DNA of 64,000 nucleotides from an uncultured Gemmatimonadales bacterium (GTDB lineage: Bacteria; Gemmatimonadota; Gemmatimonadetes; Gemmatimonadales; Gemmatimonadaceae): contig OY969695.1 of the NCBI GenBank assembly GCA_963701965.1, positions 1,152,001-1,216,000 of the forward strand, in the 5' to 3' direction. The notes below the pieces were generated by a model that was given only the letters and a program-made list of their open reading frames with translations, ran no database searches and was not told the origin of the DNA. Each line of letters starts with the position of its first letter. The first letter of the stretch is position 1. Made by a program: the position numbers and the translations under genes. Positions 18,052 through 28,325 of the stretch are shown one piece after another.

Positions 18052-20290
18052 ATGTCGAGCGCGACCGATTCCCCTCCCGATCCGGTGCTCCCCGAGCGCT
18101 ACCAGATCGAGCGCGAGCTCGGGCGCGGGGGCGCCGCCATCGTCTATCTGGCCGCGGACACGCACCATGGGCGCCGGGTGGCCGTCAAGGTGTTACGGCC
18201 CGAGTTTGCAGTCACGGTAGGCGCGGATCGCTTCCGGCGCGAGATCGATATCGCGGCGCAGCTCTCGCACCCGCACATCGTGCCGCTGATCGACTCGGGA
18301 AAGAGCGAAGGGCTGCTGTACTTCGTCTCGCCCTACATCCCCGGGGGCTCCTTGCAGCAGCGCCTGACCGCCGAGGGGCGGCTGCCGGTGGACGAAGCCC
18401 TGCAGATCGCGGAGGATGTCGGCTCGGGGCTCGACTACGTGCACCGCAGCGGCTTTGTGCACCGCGACGTCAAGCCGGCGAACATTCTTGTTCGCCGATG
18501 GTCACGCAGTGTTGGCGGATTTTGGCGTGGCGCAGATGTGCCAGAGGCAAGAGGTCAATGTGCTCACCGAAGGTGGCCTGGCGATCGGCACGCCGGCGTA
18601 CATGAGCCCGGAGCAAGCGAGCGGGGAGCGGGCGCTGGAGAGTCGCACGGACATCTATAGCCTCGCGTGCGTCCTCTACGAGATGCTGGGCGGTGAGCCA
18701 CCGCTGTGCGCCGACACAGTGCGCGCCTTGCTGGCCAAGCAGGTCACCGAAGTGCCGCGATCGGTGCGCGCCCTGCGGCCGGAGGTGTGGTCCACCGTCG
18801 ATCAGGCCCTCGCCAAAGCGTTGGCCAAGGATCCGGCGCACCGCTTTGCGACCATGGCCGAGTTTCTCGAGGCGCTCCGGGCGCCGGCACCCACTGCCCG
18901 CCGGGCAAGCGTCAAGACGCGATCCATGGCCGTGCTGCCGTTCGTGAACACGGACCCGGACCGGGACAACGAGTATCTGAGCGACGGCATCACCGATGAG
19001 CTCATCGACGCGTTGGCCAAGGTCAATGGGCTGCGGCTGGCGTCGCGCACTTCCGTGTTCGCCCTCAAAGGCAAGCCGCAGGATGTGCGCGCCATTGGGG
19101 TGTTTCTCGGTGCGTCCGTGGTACTGGAAGGGACCGTCCGGCGTTCCGGGGACCGCCTGCGGATCACCGCGCAGCTGACGGCGACCGATGACGGCCATCT
19201 CCTGTGGTCGCAGCGGTATGACCGCACGCTGCACGACGTGTTCGCCGTGCAGGACGAGATCGCGCGCACGATCGTCAACACGCTCCGCGCGACGTGGCTC
19301 GCCGATCTGTCGGAGCCGCGGTCCCGCCGCTACACCGACAACCTGAAGGCCTATGGCCTGTACCTCCGCGGCCGCCACGCGTGGAACAAGCGGACGCAGG
19401 ATAGCGTGCAGGAGGGCGTGGGCTACTTCGAGCAGGCGATCGCGCAGGATCCCAGCTACGCGCTGGCCTACGCCGGACTCGCGGACTCCCACGCGCTGCA
19501 GGTTGACTACCGGAGCGTGCCGGTGGCCGACGGCTTCGAGCGGGCGAAGATGCATGCCCGCACGGCGCTCGGCATCGATGACGCGCTGGCCGAGGGGCAT
19601 GCGTCGCTGGGCTGGAGCCTGTTCATCTACGACTGGGATTGGGAGGGCGCCGACCGGGAGTTCCGCCGGGCCATCGACCTGGATCCGGGTTACGCCACGG
19701 CGCACCAGTGGTATGCGTTCCTGCTGGCGGCGCGGGGCCGCCTCGACGAAGGACTCGTCGAGTCGCACACGGCGTTGGAGCTCGACCCGACGTCGGTGTC
19801 GGTGCGGCGCAGTTTGTCGCACGTCTACTACTATGCCCGGCGCTACGATCAGGCCATCCGTCACATCGAGCGCTCGATCGCGCAGGATCCGACGGCGAGC
19901 GAGAGCTATCGGCTCCTAGGCTTGTTTCTCGCGTTGCAGGACCGATGCGATGAGGCGGAACGGGTGCTGCGCGACGCGCACGAGCTCCCCGGCGCGGGCC
20001 TCTATCCGTTGGCCACGCTCGGCTACGTCCTCGGCCGCATGGGCCGCGCGGCGGAGGCGCGGACCATTCTCACGCAGCTCGAGGATCGCGCCCGTCGAGG
20101 GTACGTGTCGCCGGTGGCCATGGCGATGATCTCCCTGGGCGTCCGCGACTGGAATGGGTCCATGGCCGCAATGGAGCGCGCGTTCGCCGAACGCCGTGGG
20201 TGGATGACCTACCTGACCGTGAATCCGATCTTTGACCCGCTGCGCGAGGACCCGCGATTCCAAGCGATGGTAGGACGGATGGGGCTCTAG
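18052..20290 (+). CDS. Ser/Thr protein kinase with TolB-like and TPR domains; one extra base near 18488
   Basis: LGRGG, VAVK, HRDVKPANIL | FADGHAVLADFG, GTPAYMSPEQ, SMAVLPF...YLSDGITDE, TPRs; removing one T in ATTCTTGTTC joins the two ORFs. Confidence 0.88.
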
Positions 20291-20455
20291 GCGACATCCG
20301 CGCGACGCCGCGGCAATAGATGGTGCCACGCGCCGGCACATGTCTTGACAGACGCGCCCGATCAACCGTAAGCTCTTCCCCGTCTCGCCTGGCTCCCTCT
20401 TCGCGGCGCGGTATCGGCCCGGTGTCACTCCACCTATCGGCGAGCCGAGGCATCG

Positions 20456-21694
20456 ATGCATTGGGACTCCGGCAACATCGCGTTCATGCTCGTCTCGACG
20501 AGCCTCGTCATGCTCATGACACCCGGGCTCGCGTTCTTTTACGGCGGGCTCGTGGGACGAAAGAACGTTCTGGCCATCATGATCCAGAGCTTCGTCTCGA
20601 TGGGTGTCACGACCGTGCTCTGGGTCGTCTGCGGCTATTCGATGTCGTTCAGCGGGAGTTATCACAACGCCGCGAACCCCGACATCTTCGGTGTCATCGG
20701 CAACTTCCACATGGCGTTCTTGCAACACGTCGACCCGAGCACGCCGTTTCCGGGTTCGCCGACGATTCCGCTCATCGTGTTCGTCGCCTACCAGATGATG
20801 TTCGCGCAGATCACGCCGGCGCTCATCACCGGAGCGTTCGCCAACCGGGTCACGTTCAAAGCGTATTTGATTTTCCTCGTTCTGTGGCTGCTGTGCGTGT
20901 ATTTCCCGTTCGCGCACATGGTGTGGGGCGGCGGGATCCTGCAGAGTCATGGCGTATTGGATTTCGCCGGCGGCATCGTGGTGCACACGACCGCGGGCTT
21001 CGCCGCGCTGGCAGCCGTGTTTTACGTGGGAAAGCGCCGTGTTGCCGACGCCGGCCTGCATAGCATTCCGCTCGTCGCCCTCGGCACGGGACTCCTGTGG
21101 TTCGGCTGGTATGGGTTCAACGCCGGGAGCGAGCTCAAGGTCGACACCGTGACATCGTTGGCATTCCTCAACACCGACGTCGCGGCGTCGTTCGCGGCGA
21201 TGACGTGGTTGGTACTGGCATGGATCTACGAGAAGAAGCCGAAATTCGTCGGACTGCTGACCGGGTCGATCGCCGGGCTTGCCGCGGTCACGCCCGCCGC
21301 CGGCTACGTCACCACTGGCACCGCGATCCTCATTGGTGTCGTCGCCAGCGTCGTGTGCTATTACGCCATCACGTTGAAGAACAAGCGCCAGTGGGACGAT
21401 GCGCTCAATGTGTGGGGCGTGCACGGCGTCGGCGGCGCACTCGGCGTGATCATGCTCGGCATCTTCGCATATAAAGCGGTCAACCCCGATGGCGGCGCCG
21501 ACGGACTGCTACACGGCAACCCGACCTTCTTTTTCAAGCAGGTCGGGGCGACCGTCGGTGCCGCGCTCTATGCGTTCGTGTTCACGTACGCGATGCTCGG
21601 GGTGATCAACCAGATCACGCCGGTCAAGGTGTCGCCCGCCGACGAAGAGCTGGGACTGGATGAGACGCTGCACGGCGAGCGGGCGTACCTGTAG
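20456..21694 (+). CDS. amt: Ammonium transporter
   Basis: LMTPGLAFFYGG, YQMMFA, DFAGGIVVH, LLWFGWYGFNAGS, GVHG, GLDETLHGERAY. Confidence 0.95.
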   Translation: MHWDSGNIAFMLVSTSLVMLMTPGLAFFYGGLVGRKNVLAIMIQSFVSMGVTTVLWVVCGYSMSFSGSYHNAANPDIFGVIGNFHMAFLQHVDPSTPFPGSPTIPLIVFVAYQMMFAQITPALITGAFANRVTFKAYLIFLVLWLLCVYFPFAHMVWGGGILQSHGVLDFAGGIVVHTTAGFAALAAVFYVGKRRVADAGLHSIPLVALGTGLLWFGWYGFNAGSELKVDTVTSLAFLNTDVAASFAAMTWLVLAWIYEKKPKFVGLLTGSIAGLAAVTPAAGYVTTGTAILIGVVASVVCYYAITLKNKRQWDDALNVWGVHGVGGALGVIMLGIFAYKAVNPDGGADGLLHGNPTFFFKQVGATVGAALYAFVFTYAMLGVINQITPVKVSPADEELGLDETLHGERAYL

Positions 21695-21739
21695 TCGCGT
21701 CGGCCCACACCGGCTGCGGCCTCGGCTCGGCAGGGGCCC

Positions 21740-22434
21740 CGCCGCCAAGGCGCACCGCTTTCAGGATGCGGTCGCTCAGGTGGCGACGAACGCGCACCGC
21801 GTCGTGGTCCGTGCCGATCCTGGTGTCGAGTCACAGTGGACACGACGATCAGATCCGCTGGCTCGCGGGGGCGCTCGACACGCTGGACGGCGAGATGCGC
21901 CACCATCTCACCATGGCCGGCATCACGCGGCCCACGACGACCGTGCCGCTGGTCGTCACGCCGGCCATGGACGACGCACCCGAAATGGCGCACGTGCTCG
22001 CCCGGCGCACCCGCGCGTTGTCCGATGGCTCGGGGCACCAGGCGATTTTTCTCGTCGGGCACGGTCCGAACTCGGAGGCGGACTATGCGGCGTGGATGGA
22101 GAACTTCCGCGTGATCGCGGATTCCGTGCGCCGTTTGACCGGCGCACCCAGCGTCCTGGCCGACGTCGTCCGCGACGACGCCGACGCCCCCGTGCGCGCC
22201 GAGGCGGTCCGGCGCATCCGCAATGTGATCGGGCTCCAGGCGCAGGTGACCGGCAAACCCGTGATCGTCGTGCCGATCCTCGTCGCGCACGGGGCGATCG
22301 GCGACGACAAATTCCGGCACGATCTCGCCGGCCTCTCGATCACGTACTCGGCCGAGCCCTTGCTCCCCGACGCCGAGATGGCCCGGTGGGTCGAGCGCCG
22401 CGTCCGGGAAGCGTCTCGCGCCGGAGTCGACTAG
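21740..22434 (+). pseudogene. 5'-truncated, frameshifted CbiX/SirB-like chelatase-fold gene
   Basis: FQDAVAQ..HRVVV / VPILVSSHSGH split near 21810; FLVGHGPN; VIVVPIL; N-terminal part missing. Confidence 0.55.
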
Positions 22435-22547
22435 GACGGTCTCCGCAATCGAAGCAGGTGGAGGCCAGTACGGCGTTGATCGCGTGGAATACCGAGTCAC
22501 GCCGGGCGCGGCCAATTGCCGGGCGCTGTGACGTTGCATATCTTTCA

Positions 22548-22564
22548 ATAAGAATATTTCTTAT
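22548..22564. promoter_or_regulatory. Palindromic operator upstream of the RHH-PIN operon
   Basis: ATAAGAA-TAT-TTCTTAT perfect inverted repeat 13 nt before the ATG. Confidence 0.6.
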
Positions 22565-22577
22565 CGATGGATTGCCG

Positions 22578-22811
22578 ATGCCACGCGCCACCGCGACCAA
22601 GACGATCACGATCTCACTCCCCGCGCCGATGGGCCGCGAGATCCAGCGCGTTGCCGCCGCCGAGGGCCGTACCGTTAGTGAGCTATTGCGGGAGACCTTC
22701 CGTCAGTACCAGGCGCGCCGGCGTTTTCAGCGCCTCGCCGAGCAAGGACAGCGGACCGCCCGTCGCCTCAAACTGACCCCGGAGGACTTAGGCGGCCCGT
22801 TTGCCAAGTGA
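22578..22811 (+). CDS. CopG/ribbon-helix-helix antitoxin
   Basis: TKTITISLP...IQRVAAAEGRTVSELLRE; overlaps the PIN gene. Confidence 0.85.
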   Translation: MPRATATKTITISLPAPMGREIQRVAAAEGRTVSELLRETFRQYQARRRFQRLAEQGQRTARRLKLTPEDLGGPFAK

Positions 22812-23222
22812 TCATCCTGGTGCGCCGATTGCCGGCGTCGACGCGAATGTCTTTCTTTCCGCACTCGCGTTCGACGATCTCCCGGAACGGGTGGTAGACC
22901 GGCTCCTCGCCGGAGAATTCGCTCACGTCACGGGCGAGAACATTCTCGCGGAGGTCCGGCGTAACGCGATCGGCAAGCTCAAACTGCCCGCGGCACGCGT
23001 GGATGCGACCCTCGACGATATTCGCTCCGCGTCCTCGGTATATGTGCCAAGCGGCCAGATGACATACATCCCGCACGCGAAGGACAACGCCGTGCTCGAG
23101 ATCGCGTTCGCGGGTTCTTGCACGGTACGCGTCACCGGCGATCTAAGCATCTCTTGCCACTGTCGCCATTTCGTGGGCTGGTCATCGAGCCGCCGTCGGC
23201 GTTTCTCGAACGACTACGTTAG
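22801..23222 (+). CDS. PIN-domain toxin (VapC-like); one-base deletion near 23145
   Basis: VDANVFLSA, ILAEV, KDNAVLE, VTGD; alternate frame continues KHLLPLSPFRGLVIEPPSAFLERLR* to TAG at 23220-23222. Confidence 0.8.
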
Positions 23223-23254
23223 CCGCGGATCCTCGCGAGACGCCGCACGACATC

Positions 23255-23373
23255 GTGCGGTGTATCAGATCGCGTCGCGGTTCAGCCTGGAGTACGCGCG
23301 CATGTTCGGTGACGCGCCGTCGCGGCACGCCGCCAAGGTTCGCCGTACCGTCGCTCTTGCGTTTGACACCTAA
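23255..23373 (+). pseudogene. Remnant resembling the C-terminal helix-turn-helix of an AraC-family regulator
   Basis: YQIASRFSLEYARMFGDAPSRHA resembles the AraC pattern Y-S-SQFSREY-R-FG--P. Confidence 0.45.
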
Positions 23374-23375
23374 TC

Positions 23376-26004
23376 CTACTCCGTGCGCAGCGCTCGAATC
23401 GGATCGATTCGGCTCGCGTGATAGGCGGGAAGGAACGCCGCGATCAGAGCCACCGCGAGTAGCACCGCGCAGGCGCCGAGCAGGGCGATGGGATCCGTGG
23501 GGCTGATCTCGAACAGCAGCGACGCCGCGAGACGGGAGACGACCAGGGCGCCGGCGATGCCGACCGTCGCGCCGACCACGGAGACGGCCATGGCGCGACG
23601 CAGCACCTCGCCGCGCACCTGCGACGGCGTCGCGCCCAGCGCCATCCGCACGCCAATGTCCCGCGTCTGCTCGCGCACCGTCGCGGCCATCATGCCGTAC
23701 AGGCCGATCGCCGCAACGACCAGCGCCACGAGGCCGAACGTCGAAAGGAGCAGCGCGCTCATGCGCGGTTGGGCGAGCGGTGTCGCGAGATAGTCGTCCA
23801 CCGTCAGCGACTTCCAGACCGCGACGTCGGGAGCGATCTCACCGAGATCACGTCGGATCGCGGGCAGCAGCGCCCGCAGGCTGCTCGTGGTCCGGATCGC
23901 GATGAACCCGTGCCAGACGGACTGGCGATACGGCAGGTAGACCATCGGCGTCGTCTCGCGCAGCGAGCGCCAATGGGTCTCACCAACGACGCCGACCACC
24001 GTCCGCCAATCCTTCTCCCCCGCATCATCCGACCTGCGGATACGCTGGCCGATCGGGTCCTGGCCCGGCCAGTATCGGCGCGCGACCGTCGCGCTGACAA
24101 TGGCGACTGGCTCGCCGTGCTCGCGGTCGGCGTCCCGGAATGCCCGTCCACGCAAGAGCGGGACACCGAGCGCGCGGAAGTAGTCGGGACCCACCGCATC
24201 GTACTCGATCAAGGGACGGCGCGCAATGTCTTGTGGGGACTCTCCGTCGGTTTGCCACACGCCACTGAAGAAGCTCGGTCCGATCATGGGATCGATGATC
24301 GTCGGCGCCAACGCCGTCACGCCAGGCATCGCCGCAATCCGCGGCGCGATTCTGTCCCATATCGCGTACGGGTGCTCGCCGTAGCCGCTCCGGGATGGAC
24401 AGGGCGAGCACGGAGAGGTGGTCGGACCGAAACCCGAGATCGATCGATTGGAGGCGTTGGACGCTGCGCGTGAGCAAGGCGGCACCCGCGAGGAGAATGA
24501 GCGCCAGCGCGACCTGTGAGCCCACGAGCGCGTGCCGCAGGCTCCTCCGCTGCCGCGTCGACGTCCCCGACCGCGTGTCGAGCCGAAGCGGCGAGGCTGG
24601 ATTGCGGCGCACGGCCACGAGCGCCGGCACCACTCCGAATACAAGAGTGGCGAACAGCGCCATCGCCGCAGCGGCCGCGACCGGCGCGCCGGCGACGCGG
24701 ATTTCGTCGACGCGCGGCAGTTGCGCCGGGGCCGCGGCGATGAGCGCGCGTCGGGCAATCTCGCCCGTGACGAGTCCAAGCCCTCCGCCGGCCACAGCCA
24801 ACAGCGCGCTCTCGACGAAGAGCTGCCGCACGATGTCTCCGTGCGTCACGCCCAGTGCCCGGCGCAAGGCGAGCTCGCGCACCCGGCCCGTCGCACGGTG
24901 GAGGAGGAGGTTGCCAACGTTGATGCAGACGATGAGCAGCAAGAGTCCCACGGCGGCCAGCAGCATCACGAGTACGGGACGCACGTTGCCGACCACTGCC
25001 TCGGTGAAGAGTCGGGCGTCGGCCCCGCCAATGATCGGCGCGGCGCTCTCGTTGCGATCAAATCGCTTGATGATGTCGAGAGATTCCTCGCGCGCCATCG
25101 CCGGTGTGGCGTTCGGCGCCAACCGGGCGACGAGATCCAGCGCCTGGTCGGGATACGGGATCGCCTCCCAGTACTCCGTGCCCGCCGGAAAATCGATGCC
25201 CGGCGGCGCGACACCGACGACCGTATACGTCGCGTTGAGCAAGGGTTGCCGGAGGTGGTGGCCCACGATGCCCGGATCGCCACCGAAATGGCGTTGCCAA
25301 GCGTCGTAGCTCAAGACGATGACGCGCGACAGACTGTCATCGTTCGGCCCCACCAAACGGCCCATCAGAGGACGGACGCCGAGCACGTCGAAGAACTGCC
25401 CTTCGACCTGTGTCCCGGCCAGCGTGAGCGGTTGGTCCCCGTCCATCAGAGGAAACGGGTAGGCGCCGCCGTGCATGTAGCCCGCAATGAGGCGCATCGT
25501 GCGACTCTCGTGGCGCAACTGGGCGACATCGTGCTCATCGAGCGCGAGAACGGTACCGGTTTGATCGAGGAGGCGTGGGACGACGATGCGGGCGGCGTCC
25601 TGCACCGGGACGCGGCGCAGGAGCACGGCGTTGAACACCGTCCACGTCGCGACCGCCATGCCGATGCCGAGGCCCAAGATCAGGACCGCCGTGACCGTGA
25701 ACGTCGGACTGTGCCGGAATCCGCGGAGGGCGACCCGAACGTCACGGGCCAGTCGATCCATCAGCTCGTGCCTCGTCCTCCGGCGCTCGCGCGCCGCGTC
25801 GTGGGTGCGGAGCGCAAGGCGAATCTGCTCGATGTCCCCCAATCGCTCGCGGGCCACGCGCTTGGCCTCGGCGTGGGTGAGCCCGCGGGCCTCGTAGTCC
25901 CGGATCCGCATCTCGAGGTGGAACCGCAATTCGTCGTCGACGTCCTTGTCGACGTTGGGTCCCCAGAACCGGAGATACCGCCGCAACCTGTCGACAGGCC
26001 TCAC
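23376..26004 (-). CDS. ADOP-family duplicated ABC permease; frameshift near 24391
   Basis: DVDDELRFHLEMR prefix; two MacB/FtsX halves (INVGNLLL, AIGLYGMMA...RDIGVRMALGA); GTGA overlap with padR. Confidence 0.88.
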
Positions 26005-26345
26005 GCCAGGGCCGGGGCTGCCCGAAGGACTTGCGTCACGGCGTTGGTATAGCGCAACCACAGGAGCACCTCGTCCTTGAGATGCTTGCGTCCGTCTGGC
26101 GTGATCGTATAGTAGCGCGCTTGGCGATTATTCTCGGAGAGGCCCCATTCCGACCGTACCCACCCTTTGTCCTCCAGCCGCCGCAGCGCCGGGTACAGCG
26201 AGCCCTCTTCGATGCGCAGCGCATCGTCGGCGGTGTCCTCGATCCATCGCGCAATGCCATAGCCGTGGGTGGGGCCCGCCAGCAGGGCCTTGAGAATGAG
26301 AATGCCGAGTGTTCCCTGCAACAACTCCGCTGGCCGACCGGGCAT
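26001..26345 (-). CDS. PadR-family regulator (acidobacterial type)
   Basis: LLQGTLGILILKAL...HGYGIA...EEGSLYPALRRLE...SENNRQARYY. Confidence 0.93.
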   Translation of the reverse strand: MPGRPAELLQGTLGILILKALLAGPTHGYGIARWIEDTADDALRIEEGSLYPALRRLEDKGWVRSEWGLSENNRQARYYTITPDGRKHLKDEVLLWLRYTNAVTQVLRAAPALA

Positions 26346-26352
26346 GGCCTGA

Positions 26353-26378
26353 CTCTCCCCTGTCACGTCTATGGGAAG
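26353..26378 (-). promoter_or_regulatory. Imperfect palindrome overlapping the padR RBS; candidate PadR operator
   Basis: Minus strand CTTCCCATAGACGTGACAGGGGAG directly upstream of the ATG. Confidence 0.35.
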
Positions 26379-26444
26379 ATAGCGCCGGGTTGCCCAATCG
26401 ACTAGTAGCGTCGGCGGCGTCCACAGTGACAATTTGCTGGCCTT

Positions 26445-26864
26445 CTAACGACCCACCGTGTGGGTCCGAATCCAGGCGGCGAGCGCCTCCTCATCAGTAA
26501 CGCTGGTTGCGACATCGAGCATGAGCGCGACGACGTCGCGCTCGTCAGCGACGAGGCGCAACCCGTTCAGCCCAAGAAATACGTACAGCACCTGGAACGC
26601 GGTGCGCTTATTTCCGTCGACGAACGCGTGATTCTTCGCGATGCCGACGGCATACGCGGCCGCGCAGGCCGGCACGTCGGCCGCCTCGTCATAGGTCCGC
26701 CGTTGTACCGGCCGGTGCAACGCCGACTCCAGCAGGCCTTCGTCTCGTAGGCCGAACGATCCACCGTACGTGCGGACGAGATCCGCATGGATCGCATCGA
26801 TGACGCGTCGCGGCACCCAGCGCGGCTCCGGCCGGCCAGTCGGTGCCTTGGGGGGCCGTGGCAC
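26445..26864 (-). CDS. doc: Death-on-curing (Fic/Doc) toxin
   Basis: GLRDEGLLESAL.RP and NHAFVDGNKRTA. Confidence 0.92.
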   Translation of the reverse strand: MPRPPKAPTGRPEPRWVPRRVIDAIHADLVRTYGGSFGLRDEGLLESALHRPVQRRTYDEAADVPACAAAYAVGIAKNHAFVDGNKRTAFQVLYVFLGLNGLRLVADERDVVALMLDVATSVTDEEALAAWIRTHTVGR

Positions 26865-26882
26865 GCGTTCTCGCGCCGTCGG

Positions 26883-27113
26883 CTACTGGTCTGCCAACGC
26901 GCGCATCGCGTTGCGGTACGCCCGCGCCCCTTCCTCGTATATCGCCATTGCCTCGGCGAACGTCGGGTCGAAGGGCGTCAGCAATACACCACCCTCGACT
27001 TCGACGAGGTATAGCGTATCTCCCTCCGCGACATGTAACCGATCCAGCATTGGCTTCGGGATCGTCGCGCCGGCCGAGTTACCGATCGCGCGCAATACCG
27101 TCTCTTTCACCAT
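26883..27113 (-). CDS. AbrB/MazE-family antitoxin
   Basis: LRAIGNSAGATIPK...GDTL; directly upstream of doc. Confidence 0.9.
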   Translation of the reverse strand: MVKETVLRAIGNSAGATIPKPMLDRLHVAEGDTLYLVEVEGGVLLTPFDPTFAEAMAIYEEGARAYRNAMRALADQ

Positions 27114-27133
27114 TCAACGCTCCAATGGACGCG

Positions 27134-27153
27134 GTTATAACTAATGTAATAAC
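27134..27153. promoter_or_regulatory. Operator-like inverted repeat of the AbrB-Doc operon
   Basis: GTTATAAC-TAAT-GTAATAAC, AT-rich, 20 nt upstream of the antitoxin ATG. Confidence 0.55.
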
Positions 27154-27253
27154 ATCCCGTGCCGGACGCAAGGGCCAGACGCAGCGCTCTCTCCGGATCA
27201 GAAGGACATGTTTGCCCACGCCAATTGGGAGCGGCTCACCGGAGCAGCCCGAC

Positions 27254-28177
27254 TTACCGCATCAGCCGCAGTGCGATCGTCCCACTGACGGTTTCCGCGC
27301 CGGTCGCACCGTGCGCAATGATCATGCGTGCTCCGCTCCCGGTGAGACAGTACTTCGCATATTCGCCGTCTTCGATCCGCCGGAGCCTGATGCCGTTGCC
27401 AGCGGTGCATGAGCCGTCGCCGCGCAGCTCGATCGTCGGCGGAGCGGCGTCGCGGTCGCTCGGCAGGTACGTGACCCAGAAGGCGGCCTTTGGCACCGGG
27501 ACATCGATGGTGTCGCCGCGCGCGAGCCTCACGCGCATCGCGAGGCCCTCGTCCCTCGAAGGATTGTCGACGAAGGATTGCACTGGCCGATACACCATGA
27601 TCGGGATCCGTACGGTTGCGTCGCCGATCTCGATGTCCGCGACCGTCGAGCCGGATCGCTTCGGACGCACGGTCGTGCCCTCGGCGGCGACGATCGTGGC
27701 GTTCTCCACGGTGATGGCGCCGCGCAGCTCCGTGACCACCCCACCGTCCGGTCCGCGCGCCGTGAACGAGAGATCGCGCGTGCTGTCACCCACGACGAGA
27801 TCGAGCCAGGAGGAGCACTCGATCCATGTCACCGGGCGACAGCGCAGAACGAACTCCTTCGTCATGGTTGTGAACACCGCCCGCACGACAGCGTCGCGGC
27901 GTTTCTCACACCGCACCTCCCCACTCGAGGACAGGCCGACGGAGTCTCCGCCGATCCGTTGAAACTGCACGGCGGTGTCGGCGCGGAGCAGCCGGCCGTA
28001 TTGATCCCACACCGACACCTTGAGTTTCGTCAGATGTGTTCGGTTGATGACCACGGTGTCGTCGCCGACGCGCCCCGTCACCGTCAGTCGGACTGGTCGT
28101 GGTCTGAGCACGGTCAGTGCCCCGACGATGCTGATGGCCCCAACGGCGATCAGAGAGACAACGGTGTGCTGCTTCAT
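27254..28177 (-). CDS. Membrane-anchored beta-rich (Ig-like) hypothetical protein
   Basis: N-terminal TM helix, then beta-strand-rich sequence (VWDQYG, paired Cys). Confidence 0.6.
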   Translation of the reverse strand: MKQHTVVSLIAVGAISIVGALTVLRPRPVRLTVTGRVGDDTVVINRTHLTKLKVSVWDQYGRLLRADTAVQFQRIGGDSVGLSSSGEVRCEKRRDAVVRAVFTTMTKEFVLRCRPVTWIECSSWLDLVVGDSTRDLSFTARGPDGGVVTELRGAITVENATIVAAEGTTVRPKRSGSTVADIEIGDATVRIPIMVYRPVQSFVDNPSRDEGLAMRVRLARGDTIDVPVPKAAFWVTYLPSDRDAAPPTIELRGDGSCTAGNGIRLRRIEDGEYAKYCLTGSGARMIIAHGATGAETVSGTIALRLMR

Positions 28178-28325
28178 GGCTGCGAATCGCACTCGGATTC
28201 CGGGAGGATCATCGCGCCCCAAGTCCATTCTGACGCTGAGACGCCGCCGTCGTATGCTCTCCACTAACCTGGTAGACTATGTCCCGCGACGCAAATGGTC
28301 TGCTCCGCGCTGTCCTCGCACCGGC

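Noticed and set aside
21660..22811. 383-aa ORF appearing to fuse an unknown domain to an RHH antitoxin
   Set aside because: Only the last 77 aa form a coherent gene with its own operator; the rest is largely an off-frame read of the chelatase remnant
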